Shown here piece after piece: positions 8,230 to 17,256 of a stretch of 42,092 nt of DNA. The number at the start of each line of letters is the position of its first letter. The stretch's first letter is position 1. This DNA comes from a virus (taxonomy: Duplodnaviria; Caudoviricetes). The notes beneath the pieces are model-generated. The model saw only the letters and a list, made by a program, of their open reading frames with translations. It had not been told where the DNA came from and did no database searches. Location: IMG/VR virus record IMGVR_UViG_3300020045_008038, positions 1 through 42,092 of that record; one strand, 5' to 3'. The position numbers were made by a program, and so were the translations under genes.

Positions 8230-10479
8230 TTAGACTCCTTTCTTATACACTCTGTTTTTATTTATCGGGTACTTGGAACTCATAGATATCTGTTTATCTT
8301 TCAACGCCATCTCCGCTTGTTTTTGAGCGTTCATATCTACTATCGGTGTTGCTGCGTTTTTCTCTGCTGCAACCTGTTTTGTCACCTGATCCGTACCGGC
8401 GGGCGATATCCCTTTAGATGGTGTTAATCCTGCCCGTGCTTCCATCTGTCTCTTGATATCTTCCGGTGCATCTTTATACGGGATTGCATCGAGTTCTGGA
8501 TTGTCTGTAACTGCTGGTTCTGGCTTATTTAGTGCATCTAAAACTCCCGTTTCTTTCAGCGTCTCTGCAACGCCTAGCTTAGTGGAGTCTACAAGTCGTG
8601 CCTCCATCTCTGGTCCAACGGCTCCAGAGTCTTTGAGTGCGGTCAGAAGGGCTATCTGCATCTTTTGCAGGCTTTCCTCTGTCACATCACCTTGTGGAGC
8701 TGTGTCCATGATCTCCATGAACTCTTGTGTCGATCCAAATCCAAACACCTCCATGAATCTCTTAAGGATCATTTTGGCTGCATCTGGCGGGACAAGCTGT
8801 ACTTCCATCATTTTGATGATGTAGTCAAGAATCTGTTGCATGGCTTCTTTCTTCCCTGCCATCGTCAGTCCTAGTCCTGGTTCGATCTCAATCCGAACTT
8901 TCAAATCTTTTTTCAATAGTACAACTCCCTCTGGAAGTTCTTTATTGACCTTTTGGGACATTTCCATTCCACGTGAACCAATAACATCAAAGTATTTTGG
9001 CTCACCATCTTCCATGTATGTCGATTCTTGTGGTTCTAGGAAGTCTTTGTCTGCTCGCTCAAGCATCAACTCACTAATGCGCTTTATGGTTTTCTTAAGC
9101 ATGAGTGTAGAAATTTTAAGGTTAGAGTACTCAGTCGCCTTGACTGACTCAATTGCAACGCCGGATTTCACTCCTCCAGGAAGACTCATACCGCTTGAAG
9201 TTGTCGCTCCTTGTTCGTCGATGTACTTGTCCATCATCTCAAGAACGTTGAACGGTGTATTACCTACTGATCCATTCTGCATCTGGGTTAATGGGGTTGT
9301 TTCGTATTCAACCATCTGACCACCTGGGAAGTTATTTACTTGGAAGTTCTCACCCTTTCGCTTCTGGTATACACCCACGACCATTGCATTGATCCACTTC
9401 TCAAGACGTGTGATGATTACGTCTAGTGACTTGTTCTGTGGAATGAATCGTTCAATGAATGGAATCTGATAAAGGTTTCCTGGTTCGAATCGATACTCTG
9501 CAAATGGATACCGATCATAATCAATGTATTCATCTTTTAGTGTCACGCCACCAGCGGAGAATGGATGACGCATGATCATATCGCCCTTGCTTTTTCCTTC
9601 CATTGCTCCGGTATCTGCACCTAGTTTAGACGCTTGCTTCCAGTTGTCATCGGTTAAAACCTCGTGCATGAACGTTTCTTTGACAATAATTGACCCTTGT
9701 TTGTGATCTGATGGTACCTTAGAGCCGAATTTAGACCTCATGTATGCGTCTTTTACCTCGGATGTTGCGTATCTGTTATCTGGGGTGAGTTTTTCAACCA
9801 TCGCAGGGTCAAAAATAGGATTTTTCATCACTTCGATCAAATCCATTGAACATGTTTTAGTTATAAATGGTTCATCATCCAGTTCTCTGCGATCGCCAAA
9901 CAGAATAATGTCGAAAGCATCGTAAATTGATGTTTTTATCTTCTCTTTATCGGTATCTGAATAGACTTGGATGTACGATATGCTGTTTTTAGCAGCTAAT
10001 ATGAGCATATCAACCATTTTTAGGGATAATTCCTGTTCTTCCCACTGATTGCTGATCCAATTTCCCTGTCGTTGTGCCATGTCTTTGGCATCTTTCATCG
10101 CCTTTTGGTATTTGGCTTGATCTAGCTGTCCAGTAGTCGGATCTTTGAAGTCTTGAAGGGTTAGACGTTGTGGATATACCACCGGATACGGTTCAGCAGC
10201 AAATATCAAATTTGATACACCACGAATCTGGCGGGATGCACGGGGAATTGCACGTTCTACATACGAGTTTGACGTATTAGCTTGATCAATAACACGACCT
10301 GTTTTTTTGTTTACGACTCGAAAGTGATATCCATCGTCGAAGAAGTTATTATCGAACCATCTTCTCTCATGCGAACGTCGCATAATGATCGCATTATTGA
10401 CCATTTCCTCGACCTGCATTCCGATGTAATCTGATGAAGTTTTGCTGAATTGTTGTGCTAGTTTGTCAAGTAAACCCAT
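8230..10479 (-). CDS. Portal protein
   Basis: 749 aa helical protein downstream of TerL; size and layout of P22-like portals. Confidence 0.85.
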   Translation of the reverse strand: MGLLDKLAQQFSKTSSDYIGMQVEEMVNNAIIMRRSHERRWFDNNFFDDGYHFRVVNKKTGRVIDQANTSNSYVERAIPRASRQIRGVSNLIFAAEPYPVVYPQRLTLQDFKDPTTGQLDQAKYQKAMKDAKDMAQRQGNWISNQWEEQELSLKMVDMLILAAKNSISYIQVYSDTDKEKIKTSIYDAFDIILFGDRRELDDEPFITKTCSMDLIEVMKNPIFDPAMVEKLTPDNRYATSEVKDAYMRSKFGSKVPSDHKQGSIIVKETFMHEVLTDDNWKQASKLGADTGAMEGKSKGDMIMRHPFSAGGVTLKDEYIDYDRYPFAEYRFEPGNLYQIPFIERFIPQNKSLDVIITRLEKWINAMVVGVYQKRKGENFQVNNFPGGQMVEYETTPLTQMQNGSVGNTPFNVLEMMDKYIDEQGATTSSGMSLPGGVKSGVAIESVKATEYSNLKISTLMLKKTIKRISELMLERADKDFLEPQESTYMEDGEPKYFDVIGSRGMEMSQKVNKELPEGVVLLKKDLKVRIEIEPGLGLTMAGKKEAMQQILDYIIKMMEVQLVPPDAAKMILKRFMEVFGFGSTQEFMEIMDTAPQGDVTEESLQKMQIALLTALKDSGAVGPEMEARLVDSTKLGVAETLKETGVLDALNKPEPAVTDNPELDAIPYKDAPEDIKRQMEARAGLTPSKGISPAGTDQVTKQVAAEKNAATPIVDMNAQKQAEMALKDKQISMSSKYPINKNRVYKKGV

Positions 10480-10545
10480 AAATAAATGGGTGTCTTCTGG
10501 TACACTCTTGCCATCTTAGTCGTATGGATAGAAACATTATACCAC
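10480..10545 (-). promoter_or_regulatory. Late promoter with two-hairpin leader
   Basis: TGgTATAAT (-10 at 10541-10536), hairpin CCAT/ATGG, hairpin GTGT-ACCAGAAG-ACAC. Confidence 0.7.
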
Positions 10546-10547
10546 TT

Positions 10548-10805
10548 TTATTTCCTTGCAATAGCTTCCATGAACTTTTCATCAGTAAGTCCTGACATTT
10601 CTATTTCGTCATTTTCTGGCTCTGGTTCATCCACTTCTTTTCTCTGTGGCTTTGTAGCCATGACATATTCCCCGATATTGCGTGACATGACCGCTTTAAT
10701 CCCATCCTGGAGCTTCTGGGTCATATCCTTTGAGTAGTAATACCGTTCGATGGCCTGACCAATAATAACGATGGATAAAACGATAAGGGCGATAGTATCA
10801 TTCAC
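10548..10805 (-). CDS. Hypothetical protein with N-terminal TM helix
   Basis: Likely GTG start at 10805; IALIVLSIVII; acidic tail. Confidence 0.55.
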   Translation of the reverse strand: MNDTIALIVLSIVIIGQAIERYYYSKDMTQKLQDGIKAVMSRNIGEYVMATKPQRKEVDEPEPENDEIEMSGLTDEKFMEAIARK

Positions 10806-11274
10806 GGTTCCCGAACCTTTCCACAAATTGTTTATACGTGTTTGGGAGGTTGAAGTACTCCCGCTCATACATCACAACTGCTGTGTTAATGATGCATGGG
10901 TCTTCGTCAAATAAATATACATAGACTGGCACTCTATTGAATGGATTGCTAAATACCTCGTACTTCTCCGTTTTTACTTGTGGAAATCCTGTGAAATTAT
11001 AGACAACCGTTCTTGCTCCTGCATTCCATTCGTTTTTTCGTACTCCGAAGTATATTGCATCACCATCGGGAAGTTGTTTGTCTAGGACTGACTGTGCAGT
11101 TTCATATACAAGGAACGTCGGCATCAATGCCCGATCGAATGCGTCCCATGTCCAGTACATTGCTTGAAGTAGTTGATCATACGGGAAGGATACCTTCGTT
11201 ACTTCAGACTTCTTCAAACTCGGTGAAGTCGATATTACCTTCTCCGATTTCTTTTGCGACTTTTGTTTTTTCAT
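10798..11274 (-). CDS. Hypothetical protein
   Basis: ORF between TerL and portal; true start probably downstream (e.g. 11160). Confidence 0.5.
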   Translation of the reverse strand: MKKQKSQKKSEKVISTSPSLKKSEVTKVSFPYDQLLQAMYWTWDAFDRALMPTFLVYETAQSVLDKQLPDGDAIYFGVRKNEWNAGARTVVYNFTGFPQVKTEKYEVFSNPFNRVPVYVYLFDEDPCIINTAVVMYEREYFNLPNTYKQFVERFGNRE

Positions 11275-12517
11275 ACAGGTCTTGCGCTATGAGTGTCCTC
11301 ACAGGCTCCCTTCTACTTGCTAGTATAGGGTTTAGCCCCCAGATTGCAAGTGCATGGCTGAATACGATGTCATCGTGAAAACCGGGAGGTGCGCCATAAA
11401 TTACACGCCCGGTCTTCTCTGAATAGTCATAGGTAAATGATGAAAACTCCTGTACTGTTTCTTCTAGTGCAAGCATTCGTATATTCTTCATCTCAATCCA
11501 GCTTGAGAGCTTCTCGACTAACTGTTTCTTCATTTCATTGGTAAAGTGTATCGGTTCACACGGTACGCCCGATCTGACTAAATCCTCATAGATAGGTTCA
11601 CCCAACCCTGTTGAGTCAATGTAGATAAGTGCATGGTTATATTTATCTGATAACAGTTTGATCTTGTCTTTCTGAAACGGCCACTCTAATTGATTGAATC
11701 TCATCTGATAAACCTGATTGTTGTTCTTTCTGTCATAGACCGTCAGAACCGTATAATCCTGCACTTTAGCAAGATCAGCGCCTATTACATACAGATGTTC
11801 GGTATTTGGATCTTCTGGATTGAGCACTGCAATGTCCCGGACACCACGAAATACGATGCCAGTATCATCCAAGAACTCAGCATATATCTCCTGTTTTACG
11901 ACCCGCTCAGGCATGGATTTAATGTCTTCCATGATGATTTCATGGGGAACGTATGGATTATCGAATGATGTAAAATGAAATGCTTTATAGTTCTTCTGAT
12001 CTGGGTCTAGTCCACGATTGTATAGTTGTTCAAATAATCCCCGTCCCTTTGGCGTACCACCTATAACGCCGTGAGTATGATCCGTCCAAAGCATTGGCTT
12101 GATGGCGTTCTGGTAGAGGTATTCATTCTTGAGGATAATACCGGCTTCATTAAGAAACCACTCATCGTAGTCAAATCCTTCAATGTTCTCCGGTGTATCG
12201 GCGCTACGAAAGTCTATATAGCTGTTTTTAATTTCAAGTATTTTTTGTTGTTTGCGCCAGTTGTACATCCCGGATGGGAGTTTGTTTAATGCTGGAAGAA
12301 AGTACCGCTCAACGTATCTTTCGATGTTTGCGTTGACTACATCGACCCACAGACCATGCTTGAACTCTCCCTTGAGTGCTTTACGAATAAAGTTGTTGGC
12401 TGCTCCACGAGTCAATCCGAATCGTCTTCCTTTACACGCTATGACAAACGGAGCCGGACAGTCAAATATGGACTGTTGTTTCTCAAAATTCTTTATGGGG
12501 AGTTCTATTGATGGCAT
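11204..12517 (-). CDS. terL: Terminase large subunit
   Basis: Walker A-like KGRRFGLT, Walker B variant WFLNEAG, GGTPKG coupling motif, nuclease GADLA...D and HDDIVFS. Confidence 0.93.
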   Translation of the reverse strand: MPSIELPIKNFEKQQSIFDCPAPFVIACKGRRFGLTRGAANNFIRKALKGEFKHGLWVDVVNANIERYVERYFLPALNKLPSGMYNWRKQQKILEIKNSYIDFRSADTPENIEGFDYDEWFLNEAGIILKNEYLYQNAIKPMLWTDHTHGVIGGTPKGRGLFEQLYNRGLDPDQKNYKAFHFTSFDNPYVPHEIIMEDIKSMPERVVKQEIYAEFLDDTGIVFRGVRDIAVLNPEDPNTEHLYVIGADLAKVQDYTVLTVYDRKNNNQVYQMRFNQLEWPFQKDKIKLLSDKYNHALIYIDSTGLGEPIYEDLVRSGVPCEPIHFTNEMKKQLVEKLSSWIEMKNIRMLALEETVQEFSSFTYDYSEKTGRVIYGAPPGFHDDIVFSHALAIWGLNPILASRREPVRTLIAQDLYEKTKVAKEIGEGNIDFTEFEEV

Positions 12518-13163
12518 AGGTAGTATTTATTGCTATAAAATGACGATCTTTCACAAAACACATAAATCCATTCTTATCGAGTCCCGTTGGTATTGTATCC
12601 CTATGCGCTTCACCAAAGATGAAATGTATTCTGTCTTTTACTTCTAGGAAGTCTTCAGCTGTGAATATCTCATCCTCAGCGCTCTCAACATCTACCTTCA
12701 ACATGTCTATATGGTCTATTTCATGTTCTTTTATGAACGATGCAAGAGTTATTGTCTCTATTTCATTATCACCACCGTGATAGATGGATAGTCCGCCTCT
12801 TGTGTCGTCTAGCGCTCCGGTTATCTTTACCCGTCTTCCATCACAGGATATCGCATGCTGGAACGTCTTTATTTTGTCAAATCCATTGTCTTTGATCGTG
12901 TTATTCAGTAGTTCTATACAGCGTGGTCCCAGATCTATAGCGTATATCTGACTGCACATATCATAAACAAACAGTGAGAATGTACCGATATTACAGCCCA
13001 AATCAATAACAACAAGATCGTTACGTCCTACTAACCCCGTTTGCTCGATAAAATGATTGTATTCTCCATCAATAAGCACTTCACCGATGAATCGATCTAT
13101 CTCGTAGTGAATGGTAAACGGTTTCCCATCATTTACCTTTGGAAGCGTCAATTCTTTTATCAT
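12483..13163 (-). CDS. FkbM-family SAM-dependent methyltransferase
   Basis: VIDLGCNIGTFS SAM motif, IDMLKVDVESAE. Confidence 0.88.
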   Translation of the reverse strand: MIKELTLPKVNDGKPFTIHYEIDRFIGEVLIDGEYNHFIEQTGLVGRNDLVVIDLGCNIGTFSLFVYDMCSQIYAIDLGPRCIELLNNTIKDNGFDKIKTFQHAISCDGRRVKITGALDDTRGGLSIYHGGDNEIETITLASFIKEHEIDHIDMLKVDVESAEDEIFTAEDFLEVKDRIHFIFGEAHRDTIPTGLDKNGFMCFVKDRHFIAINTTYAINRTPHKEF

Positions 13164-13669
13164 TTTGTCACAGATAGAAATGATGGTTTATTGGTTTCGA
13201 TCATCCAATCCACGCATTGTTTCATCTCATCCTCATCATTTGGATAGTATTGGGTTATGTTGTGCATTGTTTTAAGTATATTCCCAAAATCACCAGCATC
13301 ATGACTGAATCCATCTACTTTTGAATAATCATCATCCCGTCCTGCTCCAACCATACAGACATGAAGTTTCTCGTGATTGATATACGTTCGTATCGTTTCA
13401 AAACCCCGTAGGTAAAACGGTGTGATTGTGTAGACAAAGGGGATCTTACCGCTGTAGGCAAGCCCTACAGCTATATCTAGTGCCGTCTGCTCCGCTGCTT
13501 CTGTGTTTATTGCTCTATCTGGGTATTCGTTAAGAAAGTCATCGACACGGGGCCACCCCAAACCCGCAAAGATGATAAAAATATCCGGGTTCGTCTTCAT
13601 TAGCTCAAATAGATAGTCAAAATATAATTTTTTTATAGTGTCCCTCCAGTCCAGAAAACCCATCGCCAT
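13160..13669 (-). CDS. Transketolase-like protein, pyrimidine-binding half
   Basis: YPDRAINTEAAEQ...AVGLAYSGKIPFVY, GFSH; start uncertain. Confidence 0.85.
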   Translation of the reverse strand: MAMGFLDWRDTIKKLYFDYLFELMKTNPDIFIIFAGLGWPRVDDFLNEYPDRAINTEAAEQTALDIAVGLAYSGKIPFVYTITPFYLRGFETIRTYINHEKLHVCMVGAGRDDDYSKVDGFSHDAGDFGNILKTMHNITQYYPNDEDEMKQCVDWMIETNKPSFLSVTK

Positions 13670-14189
13670 TATTGGTATATCTTATATCTATGTCAGGACA
13701 AAATGATTTTAGTCTCTTGCTTAATTCGTCACGATTAATTACATCAACAGCTGTATATCCATTTAGATTAGCAATGACTTTTATATTACTTAATTTTAAT
13801 TGTGTTTTTAATCGTAAGAATTCCCATTCTGCTCCCTCTTGTGCACTTCCATCTGTAATTACTACATAAACATTTATATTTTTATTAGCTATAGCCAGTC
13901 CGATAGCAATTCCACAATGAGAAAGACTTCCTCCCGATACATCACATCCTGCTTTTCTATCACAATGAATACCAACCGCCTTAATCATCATTTCTATATA
14001 TTCATCGGTGTATTCTTGTGCTACTAAATGTGCTAAATGAGCATGCGCTCCCGATAGATATACCTTATCTTCTTCTTCCTTGTTTGCGTATATCTCCTCA
14101 AGGATTGGCAAACACGACAGACAACTGCCAATATGCGCCAAACCCAGGCGTTTAGAAATATCGATGATTCTCTGTTCGTTTTGACTCAT
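13617..14189 (-). CDS. Transketolase-like protein, TPP-binding N-terminal half
   Basis: HIGSCLS, LSGAHA, GGSL, TDGSAQEGAEWE...NLNG (GDG-x-N TPP motif variant). Confidence 0.85.
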   Translation of the reverse strand: MSQNEQRIIDISKRLGLAHIGSCLSCLPILEEIYANKEEEDKVYLSGAHAHLAHLVAQEYTDEYIEMMIKAVGIHCDRKAGCDVSGGSLSHCGIAIGLAIANKNINVYVVITDGSAQEGAEWEFLRLKTQLKLSNIKVIANLNGYTAVDVINRDELSKRLKSFCPDIDIRYTNNGDGFSGLEGHYKKIIF

Positions 14190-14227
14190 AAAGGCGGGGG
14201 GTTAACGAAACCCCGCTCCTTTAGAAG

Positions 14228-15043
14228 TCAAACATTCCCTCTCACCATGTCTTCTATAATCTGTTCTAGTGTTTGTTTTGGCTTCCATCCCATTGACTCT
14301 AGGATGACCGGATTAGCCTTCCATTCTAGTGTATCGTATGGTCGCATACTTTTTTTAATATCTACATTTGCTTTCTTTCCTACTTTCGCCTCTACAATCT
14401 GACGTACTTGATCGTTTGTCGTACTTACACCAGTTCCAATGTCTATGGTGGACCCCTTAAGTGCCTGGGTGTACTGTAGAATTGTTGCTATCGCTTCACA
14501 GAAATCATTTACACCGACAAAGTCATGTGTTGGCTCTGGGACAAATGGAATAGGATTATTGGTCTGACAGGATTCTATCAGTTTAGGAATTAAATGCTCT
14601 TTTTGTTCACCTTTTCCAATAACGGTGAATGGTCTAACGTTTACCACCGGCTTCTGATATTTATTCACAAATGCTCTGACTATCCGCTCTCCTGCACCCT
14701 TGCTGGCGCTGTAGAAGGTCTCATACGGTAGTGCTACGCTTGAGGATGAGAAATTGATCAATCCTGTATAGTTAAAGTTCTTTGTAACCTCAAGCAAGTT
14801 CATCAGCGGAAGGATATTACTCACGACTGTCTCGTAGTCATTTGTCTGATCGAACTTATTTCCATATGCTGCGGTGTGAACCGTGAACTCTGGTTGGTTG
14901 GTTTGGTAGAACTCCTCAAGAAGCATTGGACTGTAAAGAAGTTCCCGGCGTATACCAAGAACTGAATACTCGTATCTCTTGAGTACTTTCTCTAGGTTCT
15001 GTGAAATAAATCCTGAATATCCTGAAATTGCTACTTTTATCAT
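14228..15043 (-). CDS. NAD-dependent NDP-sugar epimerase/dehydratase/reductase (extended SDR)
   Basis: ISGYSGFIS Rossmann variant, FSSSS, catalytic YSASK, VRPFTVIG. Confidence 0.9.
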   Translation of the reverse strand: MIKVAISGYSGFISQNLEKVLKRYEYSVLGIRRELLYSPMLLEEFYQTNQPEFTVHTAAYGNKFDQTNDYETVVSNILPLMNLLEVTKNFNYTGLINFSSSSVALPYETFYSASKGAGERIVRAFVNKYQKPVVNVRPFTVIGKGEQKEHLIPKLIESCQTNNPIPFVPEPTHDFVGVNDFCEAIATILQYTQALKGSTIDIGTGVSTTNDQVRQIVEAKVGKKANVDIKKSMRPYDTLEWKANPVILESMGWKPKQTLEQIIEDMVRGNV

Positions 15044-15258
15044 ATTTTTAAGTGAATAGTTCCCACTACTGTTGTTCCTTCAATCTTGTATGTGAACCCA
15101 CATCCACACTGTAACTCGTAGTGATCTGAATGAAGTAATGTAGTGCCTGAGTGGAAGCGAAGAACTAGAAGATCGCCGTTATCAAGTAATCTACCGAGTA
15201 CTTGTGGCTTTGCAGTATAACTACAATCCGGGCAATATAGCAGGCTTCCGTTTATCAT
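15040..15258 (-). CDS. Small zinc-ribbon protein
   Basis: CPDC...CGCG, 72 aa. Confidence 0.6.
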   Translation of the reverse strand: MINGSLLYCPDCSYTAKPQVLGRLLDNGDLLVLRFHSGTTLLHSDHYELQCGCGFTYKIEGTTVVGTIHLKI

Positions 15259-15259
15259 G

Positions 15260-15733
15260 TTATTCCTCTGGGAGCGGTTTATCTTCTATTATTAGAATTT
15301 GCATTGGTTCTATCTTGTCACCGCCTGTAGTTATGTCTGTTTTGTTTTCATCTTTCCATCCAAAGTTATTTTTGAGGTTAAATATTGCACCAGTTGCTTG
15401 TTTTTCCATCAGTCTCGTCTCTACATCTTCGTGTACTCTTTCTCTTGCTCCCTTTATAGTGAGGAAAAACTCATCACGATTTTCATAATTTATTAGTGAT
15501 GTTCTATCCATTCCCAGACGTCTAGCAAGCCCTGACATTGTATATGGTGCCGGACTACACACCATCTTCTCACTTTGTGTCTTATCATCCCAGATCCGTA
15601 TGGCTCTATTATCACACCAATCGAAATACTCATCTACTATTTTTTTCATGTCTTCAACTGAAGAATAAAGAAGCGGTCTACCTCCTGCGTGTTTTGTTAT
15701 TTCTTCGCCATTTTTGCGAGTAATCTTGGGCAT
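15260..15733 (-). CDS. terS: Terminase small subunit (P22 gp3-like DNA-packaging protein)
   Basis: GGRP, YFDWC, PYTMSGLARRLG HTH, GAIFNLKNNFGWKD, DITTGGDKI. Confidence 0.85.
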   Translation of the reverse strand: MPKITRKNGEEITKHAGGRPLLYSSVEDMKKIVDEYFDWCDNRAIRIWDDKTQSEKMVCSPAPYTMSGLARRLGMDRTSLINYENRDEFFLTIKGARERVHEDVETRLMEKQATGAIFNLKNNFGWKDENKTDITTGGDKIEPMQILIIEDKPLPEE

Positions 15734-15742
15734 AGGTTCCTT

Positions 15743-15922
15743 TTATTGTTCCTGTAGTGCTTTGAGTATCTTTTCCGCTGATGTTCTGGCTTCGGTTATT
15801 GCTACGTCTATATCTTTTCTGAGTTTAAGAAGTTGAGAAAGGATATCTTCTGCTTTAGGAGTTAAAAATACATCTTTAGCGTCTTTAACCAATTGTTTGG
15901 AGGAGTCTATGTCTACCTGCAT
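15743..15922 (-). CDS. Hypothetical coiled-coil protein (59 aa, not in ORF track)
   Basis: MQVDIDSSKQ...ALQEQ; TATAAT 8 nt before ATG (near-leaderless). Confidence 0.6.
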   Translation of the reverse strand: MQVDIDSSKQLVKDAKDVFLTPKAEDILSQLLKLRKDIDVAITEARTSAEKILKALQEQ

Positions 15923-15954
15923 ATGATTCGATTATACACCATACGTCAATATGC

Positions 15955-15980
15955 AAAAGGACCCCTTTCGGAGTCCTCTT
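15955..15980 (-). terminator. Intrinsic terminator
   Basis: AGGACTCC-GAAA-GGGGTCCT followed by TTT. Confidence 0.7.
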
Positions 15981-16027
15981 ACGCTTGATAGGTCTTCATA
16001 GGTTATACCTTTACTATCTCCACGCTA
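15955..16027 (-). ncRNA. Candidate ~70-nt small RNA
   Basis: Bounded by promoter TTGACA-17-TATTCT (16060-16032) and the terminator; encodes only MKTYQA. Confidence 0.5.
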
Positions 16028-16209
16028 CTGTAGAATAGTGTATCAACGATTATTTGTCAATTTTTTACGTTTTTTCTTATCTCGAAAAGAGAAACAAAAA
16101 TATTTAATAGCAAATATTTGAGCATCCAATTTCTTTTCAAACTCACTTTTATAACTTCGATTGTTGATTGAGTAGTCGTGTTCATTCATATTCCCTTATA
16201 CCCCTTTCC

Positions 16210-16470
16210 GTTATTTTTAGTTCAACTTCGTTGAAAACTCGTTTCACTCGTTAAAGATATTATTTCCTGGTTTGATAGAGAAGTAGCAAGCATTGTCCCC
16301 CCTACCCCCCAGGAGTTAAGTGAGTGATTGCTTCAGACCCTTTCGGGTGGGTACTTCCCTCCATTCACTCGAAGGTTCATTGTACCTAGGTAAGTTCGTA
16401 TAAACGAACCCCATTGTTGCTTACTCATTTCCGGATGCCGATGTTGCACAAGTACGGCCCTTGGTATCAT
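16210..16470. other. Structured non-coding region with C6-TA-C6 tract; candidate replication origin
   Basis: No sizeable ORF; nested inverted repeats; CCCCCCTACCCCCC at 16297-16310; AT-rich flank. Confidence 0.4.
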
Positions 16471-16473
16471 GAG

Positions 16474-16794
16474 TCAGGACACCGCATCATTTGATAACGC
16501 AGGCTCGGTGACACTTTCAGCATTGTCCACCTGCGCCAAGAAATCTTCTTGGATCATTGTATGTTTCAAATAGTCTTGTGATGGAACGGAAGGAATTGGA
16601 AGCGACGGCATATATGGTCGTGCGTGTGTTCCACAATCACCACACATAACAAATAGCCCTTTTGTTTTAAGTGATAGCGTGTAGTATCCATAACAGGATT
16701 TCATACACCGATCACATATAACCGTTGGTTTTGCATCAGGATGAGATTGTAGGAATTTATCTAAATTCATAGTAATCCGTTGGCTTCTTTTCAC
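16474..16794 (-). CDS. Zinc-finger hypothetical protein
   Basis: CDRC...CGDC. Confidence 0.6.
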   Translation of the reverse strand: MKRSQRITMNLDKFLQSHPDAKPTVICDRCMKSCYGYYTLSLKTKGLFVMCGDCGTHARPYMPSLPIPSVPSQDYLKHTMIQEDFLAQVDNAESVTEPALSNDAVS

Positions 16795-17053
16795 AATGTG
16801 GTATTGATAGCTCGTACATCTTCATTGGGTTGTTGGGAAATAAAAATATCTCGTCAAATGTTTTAAGTCGTTTAACGTCCTTTGGTGTGAATATCTTTTC
16901 ACCATTTGGAGTGCGAACAAGCACGTTTCTATGAAGTTTATCTGCTTTTGTGAAGTAATCTTTCCGGACACGAACAAAGTCATAGTCGGATTGAACACCC
17001 AACGCCTTGTGGATGTCTACTATGAGAAATTTACCTATTGTCTTGTAATCCAT
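16757..17053 (-). CDS. Hypothetical protein
   Basis: 98 aa ORF after structured leader. Confidence 0.6.
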   Translation of the reverse strand: MDYKTIGKFLIVDIHKALGVQSDYDFVRVRKDYFTKADKLHRNVLVRTPNGEKIFTPKDVKRLKTFDEIFLFPNNPMKMYELSIPHCEKKPTDYYEFR

Positions 17054-17175
17054 GAAAAATCCCCTCTAGGCGTGCGTCGAGCGTAAAGAGCTGACTCGAT
17101 ACGCACCTAGAAGGGACGTCGCTCTCTACTTGTGTCCGAAGACGCCTAGTAACTTTCGCTACTAATTAGATTATA
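17054..17175 (-). promoter_or_regulatory. Leftward promoter with attenuator-like structured leader
   Basis: TATAAT 17175-17170; GAAA and UUCG tetraloop hairpins; long hairpin 17116-17060 followed by ATTTTT just before ATG. Confidence 0.65.
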
Positions 17176-17201
17176 CATCAACAAGTCAAATATGCAACAA
17201 C

Positions 17202-17230
17202 TTGACATATACGCTATCATGTGATAGTGT
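17202..17230 (+). promoter_or_regulatory. Early promoter 1 with palindromic operator
   Basis: TTGACA-17-TAGTGT overlapping CTATCA-TG-TGATAG. Confidence 0.7.
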
Positions 17231-17256
17231 ATAGGAAGTCGAAAGGGGACTAACAT

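Noticed and set aside
13160-14189. Transketolase as a central-carbon auxiliary metabolic gene
   Set aside because: Short split form lacking the C-terminal domain, flanked by NDP-sugar SDR and FkbM; glycan synthesis fits better, though untested
153-15733. Stop-codon reassignment
   Set aside because: Core genes are full length in code 11 and TGA stops overlap next starts (ATGA); no fragmentation seen
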